A stretch of 64,000 bases of DNA from Amoebidium appalachense. Taxonomy: Eukaryota; Protista; Ichthyosporea. Position numbers and translations under genes: made by a program. The stretch is from positions 3,295,106-3,359,105 of the forward strand of contig CAVNZM010000003.1 of NCBI GenBank assembly GCA_963693365.1, given 5' to 3'. The notes beneath the pieces are model-generated. The model made no database searches. It saw only the letters and a program-made list of their open reading frames with translations, and was not told the origin of the DNA. Positions 13,195 to 34,048 of the stretch are shown here, piece after piece (positions within the stretch are counted from its first letter, which is position 1; every line of letters starts with the position of its first letter).

Positions 13195-13414
13195 GTCATA
13201 CCTTTAAATACTGCACTAGCTGTGGAATAGTCAGAAACACATACACGCACGCACACACACACACACACACACACACCACCGTCATACCTTTAAATACTGG
13301 ACAAGCTGTGGAATAGTCAGAAACACGTACACGCACGCACAAACACACACACACACACACACACATCACCGTCATACCTTTAAATATTGCACTAGCTGTG
13401 GAATAGTCAGAAAC
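13195..13414 (-). repeat. Three tandem copies of the SH2 exon-2 3' end plus donor site
   Basis: Copies at 13195, 13281 and 13371 each read [12 protein letters not shown]|GTATGAC on the minus strand, separated by CA tracts. Confidence 0.85.
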
Positions 13415-13438
13415 ACGTACACGCACGCACACACACGC

Positions 13439-13481
<43 letters not shown>

Positions 13482-14038
13482 CACCAACCCACCCACCCAC
13501 ACCCACACCCACCCACACACACACACACACACCACCCACACACACCCACACCCACAGACACCACGGTCATACCTTAAAGAACAGTACTAGTTGTGGAATA
13601 GTCCGAAAGGAGCTTGACGGCTGTGTAACATAGTAGTATCCATCCTGTGTCTTTAAAACCAAGCAGTGGAAGTCACTGCATTAAGCGGTGACTGTGTGCC
13701 GCAATACATGGACAGGTCGCTGAGTATTGCCCCACCACAGATGCAGACTCTCGCACGAGAAACACGGCATCTTTGGGCCCTCTCCTCCCTGCATACATGA
13801 ATAGATGGAGAAAAAAATATGAGATGAACGTGCGAGGAGGACTACAGACGGCTGTTTGGGTTTCACTTATTATTTCGTCTGCTTCAGTAGCCATCTGTTA
13901 ACCTAGTGACATATATCCCCCCTCCCCCCTTGTAACCCACCCCATGAGACTGTCTTATACACTCCGCCCTGCATGCACGGCAGTATCGTGAAGATTGTCC
14001 TTGTGTGTTGTACGTGTCACTGCGTGGGAGTGTGGTGT

Positions 14039-14152
<114 letters not shown>

Positions 14153-14176
14153 CACAGTGTGTGTGTGTGTGTGCCA

Positions 14177-14258
<82 letters not shown>

Positions 14259-14361
14259 CCCAGTGCGTCTGTATTGGTACCTAAGGAAGCCAAAAGCGTG
14301 TCTGTGCAGCTTGGTAAAAACGAGCTTTTGGTGTGCGAGTTTTCAGGCGCATCTGTGTGTC

Positions 14362-14417
<56 letters not shown>

Positions 14418-15653
14418 CTTGTGTGCGTGCGCGCGCGCGTGTGTGTGTATGTGTATGGGTGTATGTGCGCGCACGTGCTCACCAGTGTGCTGAGAGAATG
14501 CATAAGTTGGAGCACGGGTATGCATGCGTGTACACGGGTATGCATGCGTGTACATGCGTGCTCTAACGTGTGCTCATCCACGTGCGTGCTTACACGCTTG
14601 TGTGACCGTACGTGTACCCTTCCATGGCATAGTACGCAGTACAAGTTTGTGCGAGCACGTGTGTTTCCAACACGTGCACCCATCATAAAACACAAGACGG
14701 AGGCCTAGGCAAACACACGCACGCACGCACCTATTCTTTTTGCCGTGGCCGCCAGTAGAGCCTCTGCTTGCTCTCTCGCTATCTGCCCGTGGAGCCACAG
14801 CTCGTGTCGAAGCTCCTTGTTACCCGCCATAGTGCCTACTGCCACGTGACACGTACTTTTCCCTTTCAGCGTACTATGCTTGTTCTCGAAATACTGGAAA
14901 CATGAGCTGCCCAGCAGACTGTGATTTGTGCGTCAGCTACGCTTAATAATACCTCTGGTGAGCACAGCACTCGGCAGGCAGAAATAGAAAACTGGCTGAC
15001 TAAATTTGTGAGTTTGAGTGTCTTAGAACATCAAATTATAGCTATGCACGGGTTCAGAAAAGTTGTAAGTTCAACACAGTCCTGCCCGGAAACCGCGTGC
15101 GTTTTTGCTCCGTGCGTGTTTGAGTGTAGGTCTAACTGCTCTGAGGAAGTGACAGAGCGCGCGTGTCGGGTGATGCAAGCCTTACACTACTTTTCCTTAC
15201 ACTACTTACTACCACACACTGATCAGCTCAGGCCGAACACCTTCACTTCAGCGCCACCCGGCGACTTACTATGCGTGTGCTGCTGTGCTGCTCGGATTGA
15301 AGTTATTCATTCCATTTCGCACCCTGTCTGAGCGCCTCGCCACAATGAACATAAGCCGACCAATCGATCATCGGCCCCACTATGCCTGCGACATTCCTTT
15401 CGCATGCTCGAAGACACCGTGGGCCAGACACATCTTTTTGACTCAGGCGTGAAGTTCGGCAACATCATAGGGGGTTTTCCGGGGCCCCAAGTAGAACAGA
15501 AACAAAGCAATATAAAATTGCGTCTGAAACATGTGTAATAGCATCTGTGTCAATGTATGTGGACGATTTTTTAAAACTCGCAGGGTTGCGCGTGTCACGC
15601 TGGTGAATGGTGCACACGATGACTATTTTTCGTGAACTGGTTGACTGAGTGGG

Positions 15654-15813
15654 GGGCCGGCGCCCGGGACCCAGGTGGCACCTGTCACACTCTCATCGGA
15701 GAACGTTTTGCCCTCCTCTGCTCACGTTTTATCGTTTTATCCTTCTGGTATGAGCGGTTATCTGCGTTGATTGGTCCATCACTCCCGCCGCGGCGGCGCC
15801 ACCCGATCTCCCA
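15654..15813. repeat. Second copy of the 345-489 repeat
   Basis: Direct sequence match to 345-489 with small insertions. Confidence 0.85.
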
Positions 15814-16403
15814 CCGGCTCCGGGAATCTGGGCACACCCTAGACCATCTGGGGAGACATACGTGCAAAGGCCCTTTTGCCTGCTTGCTCGCGACCCCGAA
15901 AACATTCGCAAATGGGTATAAGAAATGCATTTAATGACATTAGCATGGCCATAGCATTCAAGAACCAGGTTTCTGGTGCTTTTTTTTTTTTTTACTGTTG
16001 GGGCATAAAAATGCGCGTTTAGATGCCTTCGCTTTTACCCCTAGGCCTTGGCAAGGGCGTACATGCACCCGCATCGTGCTCTCAAGTCTATGAAACATCT
16101 GGCCCTATGTTGCTGAAGTATCCTGGTCCCATTCAACAATTTGCAATCATTCGATTGCCGCCTGGAGAAAAGCCAAGCGTCTACATAGGCCTAGGCATAT
16201 GAACTGCGAGAGTCGACCGACCGTCCTCAAATAGCCTACACAGTCGTGGTCACGTAGCGTATAGGCCAGCGTAATACGGCCTAAAACTTTCTTAGCTAGT
16301 TACCTACTGCAAATTAGACAAGTCTCAAACCTACTTGTAACTCCCACTACATATATGCCTTTTCATCGCTCCTGAAGTCGTGTCTTTCCCTTGATTCTAC
16401 AAG

Positions 16404-21439
<5,036 letters not shown>

Positions 21440-21661
21440 GGTGTGATGGCGGTTTACCTGGTGCATGTTTAGCTGCCTATGTGATCTGGGTGTTGGTGAG
21501 TTTGTGCGTTTAATATGTTTCCTGACTCCCTGCAGGAGTCTGCTTGGTTAAACGTCTTTGCTGTTTGTGTGTGTGCATGTGTGTTTTTGTTTTTGTTTTG
21601 TTGTTTAAACGTTTTTGCTGTTTGTGTGTGTGCACTGTTTTCTTGTTTTGTGTGTGTGTGT

Positions 21662-21713
<52 letters not shown>

Positions 21714-22316
21714 GGCACGGTAGGGTTAGGATATTAAGTTGTTGCACAAGTGCATAAGTGTACACAGGTAGCCCTGCAGGTCCGTAGATCTGTATGCCTG
21801 TAGGTTGTACTATATGTATGTATATGTGGTGGTGGTGTTGGTTGGAGGTCTTACTTAATAGAGAAGGGAGGTGGGGGGGGGGGGGGGGAGGGGGGGGGGG
21901 GGGGGGGATGGGGGGGTTCGACCAAGTTGTGCAAGCCGTAGGTGTGCAGGTCCATAGTAGTATAGGTCCGGAGATGTGTAGGTCCGCAAGTCTGCAGGTT
22001 CCCAAGTCCATATATAGGTCATACCATGGCTGTGTCTGTGTATGGTCAAGCTAAAGATAATAATTCACACTCAGCGACATCACCACGCTATCGGGCGGAT
22101 TCATGTTCCCCTCCCCCCCCCCCCCCCCCCCCCCCCCCTTTCTTCCCCCCTCCCTCTTTTTTCAAGTTGGGTTTTAAAATTTTCCATTGTTCTCTCAACT
22201 CTAATCATGTTATTTATCTCAGTATTTTTCTGTGGTGGTAGTAGTGGTGGTGATGGTCACCGTGGGGATGTGTGGGGTGGCCCGGGGTTCAACTTGGTGT
22301 GTGGGAGGGGGGATGT

Positions 22317-22373
<57 letters not shown>

Positions 22374-22492
22374 AGGCCATCAAGTTCTGCCGTTGTCTGC
22401 ATATATATAATTATAAGGTCTGCATATTTTTTCGTGGTGGTGGTGGTGGTTGCTAGTGGTGGTGGTGGTCACACGGGGGGAGGAGGAGGCCC

Positions 22493-22533
<41 letters not shown>

Positions 22534-23296
22534 AGGAGGGGGTAAGGTCCGCAGGTCAGAACTCGATCGCGAAGGGCGTGGACTAAGGCTTTTTGGCCGC
22601 AGGGCATGGTTCAACATCTTGACACGACTACAGCCAATCACAAACTGACCTTGGCTTCCCTGTGCATACCAGACGTTAAAAATGGGAGCTACATACGCTA
22701 TTCAGCTAATGCAACTCTCTCACAACATAAAAATAAATGAAACAGCTAAGAAATAATAAACTATTATATCTCTCTCACTTGTACAACTCGTATATATATT
22801 TATATTATTTTCATTATTGAAATCTACCTTACGCAAGGACTACAAATATATCTACTCGTTGATACGAACTCTCACTCGCGCTACGATATAGATCAAATAC
22901 CTAATTCCACTAAAGACCAATAGGAAACTACTTCTGGCGTCGGATGCATGCCAGAGCCGATAAAGAACATACCACAAGATAAAAGCAACTAGAAACGATC
23001 CAAGCTAGGTCCGTGTTTTCTGATAAAACATAAACGCGGGGAACACACAGACACGTGTGACGTGAGGCAAACAGACATAGTACGTATCACACGACATGGC
23101 ACAACACAGAACCAACGAGCTAAAGCAAACAGGATAAAACAAACAATGCAAATGAGACGTCCACTCGCATTCCACTCGGATATGCACGCTCGCCGAACGT
23201 TTACCACAAATGTCTACGGATCAGATCTCGATCTACCACGTACAGGGAGAGAGACTGAGAGAGAGCCTCGGGGAGAGCGAGAGAGAGGGAGAGGGG

Positions 23297-23376
<80 letters not shown>

Positions 23377-23494
23377 AGAAAAGAAGAAGAAAGAGGACAC
23401 ACGAACACAAAGCTAAACACTAGTAGACATAAACTACACTAAGTCTTGCCATGCATCTACGTGTAATACTATATGTACACGTGTCAACGTGACC

Positions 23495-26610
<3,116 letters not shown>

Positions 26611-26621
26611 CGTGACACACA

Positions 26622-26653
<32 letters not shown>

Positions 26654-26929
26654 CAGACACACACACGTGACTGTCGTGACACACAACGGTTATAATGGGC
26701 TTCCCACAAATGCAGACACACGCAGTCACGCACCGGAAAGCAGGGCTTAAAGTTTCCCACAACTAATCCACCTATGCAGACACGTAGCCTGGCAGCCACC
26801 ACCACACTACTGTACACGACATGGGATACAACATCGCAAGGCCATACACCCCACCACCCCAAACCCACAATACCCTTAATAAAAAAAGTTCAATTCACAT
26901 AAAAGGTGATTTCAAGTTCGAACTTCCGT

Positions 26930-29097
26930 CATCAATACTATGGTTTTCGTGAATACTGATTCAATTGCCACTAGTGAATCATTAGTGGAATCAAGTTGCC
27001 AGAAAAAATACTTGCCAGAATGAATACTTGCCAGAATGAAGGCTTGCCAGAATGGATACTTGCCCCAGAATGAATACATACTTGCCAGACTGAATATGCC
27101 AGAATGAATACTTGTTGGCAAAATGAATACATACTAAGTTCCCAGAATGAATATGCCAGAATGAATACATACTTGCCGGCAGAATGAATATGCCAGAATG
27201 AATACTTGCCAGAATGAATACATACTTACCAGAATCAATACATACTTACCAGAATGAATACTTGCCAGAACGCAGTACTTGCCAGAATGAATACATGATC
27301 CTTCCCAGAATGAATACTTGCCAGATTGTAGTACTTGCCAGAATGAATACATACTTGCCAGAATGAATATTACTGGCCAGCCTGATGAATACATACGTGC
27401 CAGAATGAATACTTGCCAGAATGAATACATACTTGCCAGAATGAATACTTGCCAGAACGAATACTTGCCAGAATGAATACTTGCCAGAACTGAATACTTG
27501 CCAAAATGAATACTTGCCCTGAATGAATACTTTACAGAATGAATACTTGCCAGAATGAATACTTGCCAGAATGAATACTTGCCAGAATGAATACATACTT
27601 GCCAGAATGAATACATACTTGCCAGCATGATGATACTTGCCAGTGTGAATACTTGCTAGAAGTGAAGGAGTATACAAGTTTGTGCTGATTCTGCACGGTA
27701 CATATGTCATGTCTCCACTACTTCCGAACGGCGTCTTTCAGAAGCAATCGGCTTCTTTGGTGCAGGACTCAGCCGGACGGTGCAAGCACATAGTTCAGCT
27801 ACTAGTAGTATGTACCTAGCGCTTAGTAACCCCAAATTGTATGCCGTCCGCGGCATTTTATCTTCTTATGCAAGATTATCCCTATATAGTCTTCCATTGA
27901 TTTCAGTTGAGTTTCCACGTGACTGCCTCAGAGTCTGGTCATGAATGGACCTTCTGATTCGACGCAGGGTACCAGGCAACGGTTCTTTTTTAATTATGGT
28001 AATACTTTTTATAAACCAAAAAAAAGTAGAAATATCGCACAGAATCCGGGAGAACTCGAGAGTGCCCCGAATGCGGCCCGCAACCGTATAGACTTTGATT
28101 TAATGATTTCAAGCACTTCATTTTATTTGAATGTACGTATATATTTGGGGTTTCTGGTGCACTTAATATAGACCGTCAGTTGGCTCGGAGCAGTATAAAG
28201 TTTTCGTTCGTGAACGGTGGTGAGCGGGACCCGGTTTGTGTCAGTGACAGCCCACACTGTAAAGAACACTGCTTACTGACTGGTCTTCGGTGGGCCCCGA
28301 TGATCCCATGCATGTTCAAAGTTATCAGGACTCCGGGTGATAAAGGGAGAGGGGGGAGGGGGGGGGGGGGGGGGGAGGGGGGGGGAGGGGCGAGGGGGAG
28401 AAGGGGGGGGGGGGGGGGAGGGGAAGAGAAGGGAGGAAGGGAAGTAGGAATTCGAAGGGCCCGGGGGGGGGGGGAGGAGGAGGAGCTGGGCAGGGGGGGG
28501 GGGGGGGGGGGGAGAGCGGAGGGGGGCTTGATTTAGGAAACCCGTTTGGTAATTTCACACCCTCAACCAATACTCCCCCTCCTTGAAAAGTTTCCCCCTC
28601 CGAGTCCCCTCCTCCCTACCTCCTGTCTCCCCACCTCCCCCCCCCCCCCCCCCCCAAAAAAAAAAAAAACAAAGAAAAGAAAGAAAGAATAAAAAGAAAC
28701 TTTTGAACAACAATCGTTGTGATGCAGCCTTTAAAATGATGATCATCATTTACAAATTTCAACGCCAACTGCATTTCCCTCCGAATTCGTAATCGTTTTG
28801 GGTTTACCCGGTAGTCCGCTTCGAATTCCGACGGCCCAGCATCATAGGAAACGAGGAATGGGGAGGTGACTCTGACTAGAGAGGAGGAGAATGTGTGTGT
28901 GTGTTCACAGGTGTATATATGTTGGGGGGAAGGGGGGAGGGAGGTCTGGCCAGGGGGGGGGGGGGGGGGGGGGACAGGGTATCTGGTCGCGGGGCTGTCT
29001 GGTTGTTAGCATGTGGCATCACGGTGTGTGTGACTGTGTACAGTCACAGTGGCACTGATTTGTTCTTTGTTGTGCTTCTTTTCTTTTCTTTCTTTCT

Positions 29098-29129
<32 letters not shown>

Positions 29130-29189
29130 TTCCTTTCTTTCTTTCTTTCTTTCTTTTTTTTTTTTTGGGGGGGGGGGGGGGGGAGGGGG

Positions 29190-29221
<32 letters not shown>

Positions 29222-29455
29222 AGGGCCGACTGGGCGGGACTACAGTGCTTGCACCGTTTTTCTGCATCAAAAAAGCCGATTGTTGCAGACTTGAAAATGC
29301 TGCAGTTGTGACATGACATACACACCAGAATCAGCACAAACCTGCATGTTTCTTTATCTATTCTGGCAAGTATTCATTCATTCTGGCAAGTAGTCTTTCT
29401 GGCAAGTACATATTCATTCTGGCAAGCATTCCTCTGATTCACGAAGTAGCACTTA
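26930..29455. mobile_element. Foldback-like non-autonomous element with long inverted repeats (left about 26930-27790, right about 29243-29455)
   Basis: Left TTTGTGCTGATTCTG..ATGTCATGTC..CAATCGGCTT..ACGGTGCAAGCAC is inverted at 29246-29345; satellite units are inverted at 29361-29428; TTCGTGAAT/ATTCACGAA near the outer ends. No TSD found. Confidence 0.65.
26996..27660. repeat. Minisatellite, 16-bp unit TTGCCAGAATGAATAC with 20-bp variants (about 35-40 units)
   Basis: Directly visible tandem array. Confidence 0.95.
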
Positions 29456-29633
29456 ATGTGTCCACCAAAACCCCACATATCCGAGAAAATATACTGTCCT
29501 TTTATGACTATTATCACAGTTTATGAAATCCGTGGTGATCTTTTGGATCTGTCGACCGCATGTAGAGATTTTTTCCCCTGTGCAATTTTGCAATTCTCCC
29601 GAAATTTCGAAAAAGGTCCAAAAGAGGTCATCA

Positions 29634-29678
<45 letters not shown>

Positions 29679-29706
29679 CCCCCCCCCCCCCCCCCCCCTC
29701 CCCCCC

Positions 29707-29752
<46 letters not shown>

Positions 29753-29792
29753 ACCACCACCACCACCACCACCCACCCACCCACCCACCCCA

Positions 29793-29823
<31 letters not shown>

Positions 29824-30006
29824 AAAAGAAAAAGAAAGAAAGAAAAGAAAAGATAAATACGATGAATTTAGACTGTGGAAAAAGAAAAAAAAAAGTGTTG
29901 GTAATGATGGTGGGGATTATGATGAATGGCTCGTCACTTGTGTTGCCTACATAGTACATCCGATAGTATCATTTTTTCCGGGGAATTTGAGAGGGCAAAG
30001 TTTCTG

Positions 30007-30041
<35 letters not shown>

Positions 30042-30488
30042 ACCTCCCCTTTTCCATCATCCACCACCACCACCACACACGCTCACACCTGGTTCCTCAC
30101 AACTTTTCTTCCTCAGTTCAACGGCACCACGTGTCATCTTCGGGTGTGTTATAATGACCATCATGATCATCGACTCAGGACGTAAATTTGAATATTCTTT
30201 TCTTAGATTCGGATATTCCTTTAATATATATATATATTTTTCCCGCTGTACCTGCGAGGCTGGACCTGAGCCTAAATCTACCCTTGCCCTGTTCACTGCA
30301 CAGCAGCCGAACACTGCCCCCCATTTTTATAAAAAATGTTGACTTTTTCTTAAAGTTTCATACACTACATTTACTATTCATAAATGAACCATAAATCTGT
30401 TCATAAACAAATTGTATTCTCTAATCATAAATGAACCACAACTATATTAATAAACAAGCCACATAATTATAAATCACAAAACCCAAAC

Positions 30489-32198
30489 TTACGCCGTAAC
30501 CAGCTGACCCATGCACGCCATCTTGGTGCACGCGACAGCCCCGCCCTGGCACGAGCACGTATTGCATCCGTCGGCCGCCGGGACCGTTACGCCTTCAGCA
30601 ATCTCCACGCCATTCTCCATCACACACACAGACGAAGAAATGGTGGTAGTCGCGGGCGGCAGCAGATCCAACACATTGCACGCCATCAGAGTGCACGCCA
30701 GCTGACCCCCATTGCACATACATCTGTTGCATCCGTCGCCGGCGGGGTGGCCGCCGGTGCCGCTAGGAACAACCGTGCCGTTGTAAAGCGTGCACGAGCC
30801 GTCGGAGGAAGGGGCGGGGGTGGGAACGGGTGCAATGGGAACGGGTGCGGGGGCGGAGGGGAGAGCGGGAGCGACGAAGCAATCCTTCTTGGTGCATGCA
30901 AGCGCGTCCGGACCCGCGCACGTGCATGTGTTGCACCCGTCGTCAGAGGGAATATTCCCCGTACCAACCTCGACGGTTGTACCGTTTGCGAGCTTGCACC
31001 CCTGGGTAGGAATGTTCATGGGTGGGACGTTGCACGCCATTTTCGTGCATGCGAGAACGCCCAGCGAGCACTTGCACGAATTACATCCGTCGGCGCTAGC
31101 AACAACGGCGCCGTCGGCGATGACGGACCCATCGGCGGTCGTGCAGGAGGTCACCAGGGGAGCGGGTACGAGGGGCTGGGAGATGCAAGCCATCTTGGTA
31201 CATGCAAAAGTACCGTTATAGCACGTGCACGTGTTGCAACCATCCGCCTGCTTCACCGCCTCGCCGTTCTGGGCGATTTTTCCATCGGTGGTGGTGCATG
31301 TCGCGAGTGTGGGGGAAAGCAACGCTGGCTTTGTCTGGGGAAGGCAGAGCTTACGCGTGCATGCGAGCGCGCCGTTTCTTGCGCAGATGCACGTGTTGCA
31401 GCCGTCGGTAGAAGGGATGTTCCCCGTACCAACAGAAACTGTCGTACCGTTGGAAAGCCTGCAGCCGGCCTGTGCAGGCACGGGCACGGGTGCAACTGGG
31501 ACGGGGTTTGGCATGGGGACGGGGACGCCGTCAAGGAGGCACACCATCTTTGTGCACGCCAAAAGATTCCCCTGCTGGCACGAGCACGTGTTGCACCCGT
31601 CTGCAGCCTTCACCGTCTCGCCCACCTTAAGCGTCTTTCCGTCGGTTGTCGTGCAGGTGAGGGGTGGGGCAGCAATGAGCAAACCGTTACATGCCTTGAG
31701 CGTGCATCCGAGCGCACCGTTGGAGCAGAAACATGTGTTGCATCCGTCGCCGGCGGGGTGGTTTCCGGTGCCACTCAGCACAACCGTACCATTATAGAGC
31801 GTGCAAGACCCACCAATCGCGGGTGGGGCCGTAGGAACAGGCACGGCGGAGAATGTGGTAGATGTGGGCCGAATGCACGAGCTCCCCACGGCCTTGAACC
31901 CCTGGCGGCACACACACTTGTATGCACCGCTTGTGTTTCTGCATACTGCGTTTTTGAGAATGCAGCGGCGGGCGATGGTGGCATTTGCACACTCGTTAAT
32001 ATCTACACACCTAGTGTTAACCAAGCGGAAACCTGTAGGGCACTGGGTGGTTGTGGGTGCGGGTGCAATGACTACGGGCTGTGCGATTGCCGTAGGGGCC
32101 TGTGTGTCCAGCCCAACACTTACGACGCTGAGTTGTGCAGAGACGGTGTTTAGTGTCGTGAGTGAGAGCACACACCCTAGCAGGCCGGTGGACAACAT
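30489..32198 (-). CDS. Secreted protein (569 aa): signal peptide, Ca-binding EGF domain, 8 pacifastin-like (I19) protease-inhibitor repeats
   Basis: ATG at 32198 (MLSTGLLGCVLSLTTLNTVSA); CVDINECA...CRNTSGAYKCVCRQGF; eight C..DGCNxCxC..CTxxxC modules with Pro-rich linkers; single open exon. Confidence 0.88.
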   Translation of the reverse strand: MLSTGLLGCVLSLTTLNTVSAQLSVVSVGLDTQAPTAIAQPVVIAPAPTTTQCPTGFRLVNTRCVDINECANATIARRCILKNAVCRNTSGAYKCVCRQGFKAVGSSCIRPTSTTFSAVPVPTAPPAIGGSCTLYNGTVVLSGTGNHPAGDGCNTCFCSNGALGCTLKACNGLLIAAPPLTCTTTDGKTLKVGETVKAADGCNTCSCQQGNLLACTKMVCLLDGVPVPMPNPVPVAPVPVPAQAGCRLSNGTTVSVGTGNIPSTDGCNTCICARNGALACTRKLCLPQTKPALLSPTLATCTTTDGKIAQNGEAVKQADGCNTCTCYNGTFACTKMACISQPLVPAPLVTSCTTADGSVIADGAVVASADGCNSCKCSLGVLACTKMACNVPPMNIPTQGCKLANGTTVEVGTGNIPSDDGCNTCTCAGPDALACTKKDCFVAPALPSAPAPVPIAPVPTPAPSSDGSCTLYNGTVVPSGTGGHPAGDGCNRCMCNGGQLACTLMACNVLDLLPPATTTISSSVCVMENGVEIAEGVTVPAADGCNTCSCQGGAVACTKMACMGQLVTA

Positions 32199-32500
32199 TT
32201 TCTCTTTTTTGTTGGGTTTTGTGGCTCTGCAGTAGTGAATACTAGAAAAGTTTTTGTACTCGTGGCTTGTGTGATGAAATTTAGACTTTTGTGTCTGAAT
32301 GCGTTGCAAAAGCTGACTGATCAAATTTGCACGAAACAACGGTTTATATACCCTGCGCTAGTTCCAAAGTTGTGCGTTCGATGTATCTGATTGGATAGCT
32401 CTCTTCCGTTTAATCCGTTATTTAGAAAGTCGTTTTTGGTCCAATCGTTGAGACTTACCGCACAAAAAAATTTGTCAAAAAAAAAAAATAACGAACAGCT

Positions 32501-32700
32501 CAGGGTGTGAAATTTGTTTCTGGCTAGTGGCATTTTGGCAACTTTCCACCAGCCTGGATGGGCTTAATAGAGCCAACAACCGTTTTTGGGTGTATTTTGT
32601 TTTACATATATGGTCCTGTTATGGCCAATGATTCAAAAATCGGTGGACCTAACCTCGAAAAGTTAGGGACGATTTTCTGATCCTCTAATTTCACAGCCTG
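32501..32700. mobile_element. 200-bp hAT-type MITE
   Basis: TIR CAGGGTGTGAAATT / AATTTCACAGCCTG; perfect 8-bp TSD GAACAGCT (32493-32500 and 32701-32708). Confidence 0.9.
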
Positions 32701-33779
32701 GAACAGCTCGGTCATCTCAGATCTCGGGGCAAGTTGGGGCAACACCTGCCAGGGATCGTGACTGGCGAACTCGACAAGTTAAAAACCGTGTTGTTGCATA
32801 ATCACGAAAATATAATAGAGAAATAGTTTTTAATTAAAATTTATTGAACCACAAGCAGGGCCGCAGGGAATGGTGGAGAACTTGAAGATTTGTACCAGGT
32901 GGCACGAGTGAGCCCTCGTGCTCACGCCTCTCGAGCTCAACAGGGCATGGCACAAGTAAGGGTATCTAATGTAAGATAGAGGTGCATTGGTCTTGTAAAC
33001 GCCACCATAAACAAATGCCATCCCGCCCATCCGACACTGACAGCCCCGAGTCAGTGTACAATAGTAGCTTGTGAGAATCTGTCAATTTGGCTTACTTAAT
33101 CAGCCTGGCTCCATTATTATTATGATACATAATGCTTTTTCATTTTTTATGTACATACGTATACAGTAGGATGCAAATAAACCTGTCACCGCATGGCCGT
33201 GCCCGGCCCACTGCCCCAGATCCCTATCTTTATACACAGGTGACGTGAATAGAGTATGCATGATCCGAGTGACAAAAGAGCACCACACAGGTATACATGG
33301 TGGTGTAAGCAACCGTTACTTTCTCATTTGATTCGACCGTTGCTTCTTCCCTTAGGGCACTGGTACAATCAACGGACTTTACAACGGTGTGAGCAATGCC
33401 GTTGGTTTGGCCAGCGACCCAGCAACGTGTAACCAACGGTGCAATCACTGTTGATGACAATACGTGTAATCAAACGTGCAAGTAGCGCAGTAAACGTTGT
33501 ATCAACGGGGCAAGGTAATGTGTAAGCAACGCATTTGATTGTTAAGCAACACGTTGATTGTACACCCACAATATACATATCCAATGGGTGAGCAACGTTG
33601 TAAGTAACAAGCAATCACTGCAGCAAGCCACGTGTAAGTAACGTCCATTCAAGTGTGTAATCACCGGCAGCGGCTACACCGACAGCAACGCAATAAAACA
33701 CACCCTTCACTGCACAGTGGCCGGTGAAAGAATGGAGGAACCAACGTGCAAGTGCAAGTGCAGGAGTGGGGGTGACCCG

Positions 33780-33810
<31 letters not shown>

Positions 33811-34048
33811 GCGGACCGCTTTTCACCCACCCACCCATCGTCTGGGTTCTGCTCACTTTAGATAGACACTTCATACTTCGTTTTTGTTTTATTCACGGAA
33901 GAGACCCGTACAACTGTGCACGTATGCACTTCAATAAATACACACTAGCACCACTGTATGATACAGATACACCAGCACCACAATCCCAAACCCGTGTTAA
34001 GAAACACGTATAACACGTGCCCCTTGCGCACAGCAGCGACAAACACAC

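Noticed and set aside
26996-27660. CRISPR or telomere-like array, or a WQVFILAS repeat protein
   Set aside because: Units are contiguous with no unique spacers and no cas genes; frame-breaking 16/20-bp variants; the array lies inside an inverted-repeat arm.
30747-32153. 468-aa plus-strand ORF and other overlapping ORFs
   Set aside because: Antisense shadow of the GC-rich pacifastin-like CDS.
32199-32339. N-terminal extension of the 616-aa ORF
   Set aside because: Non-ATG start; the ATG at 32198 directly precedes a signal peptide.
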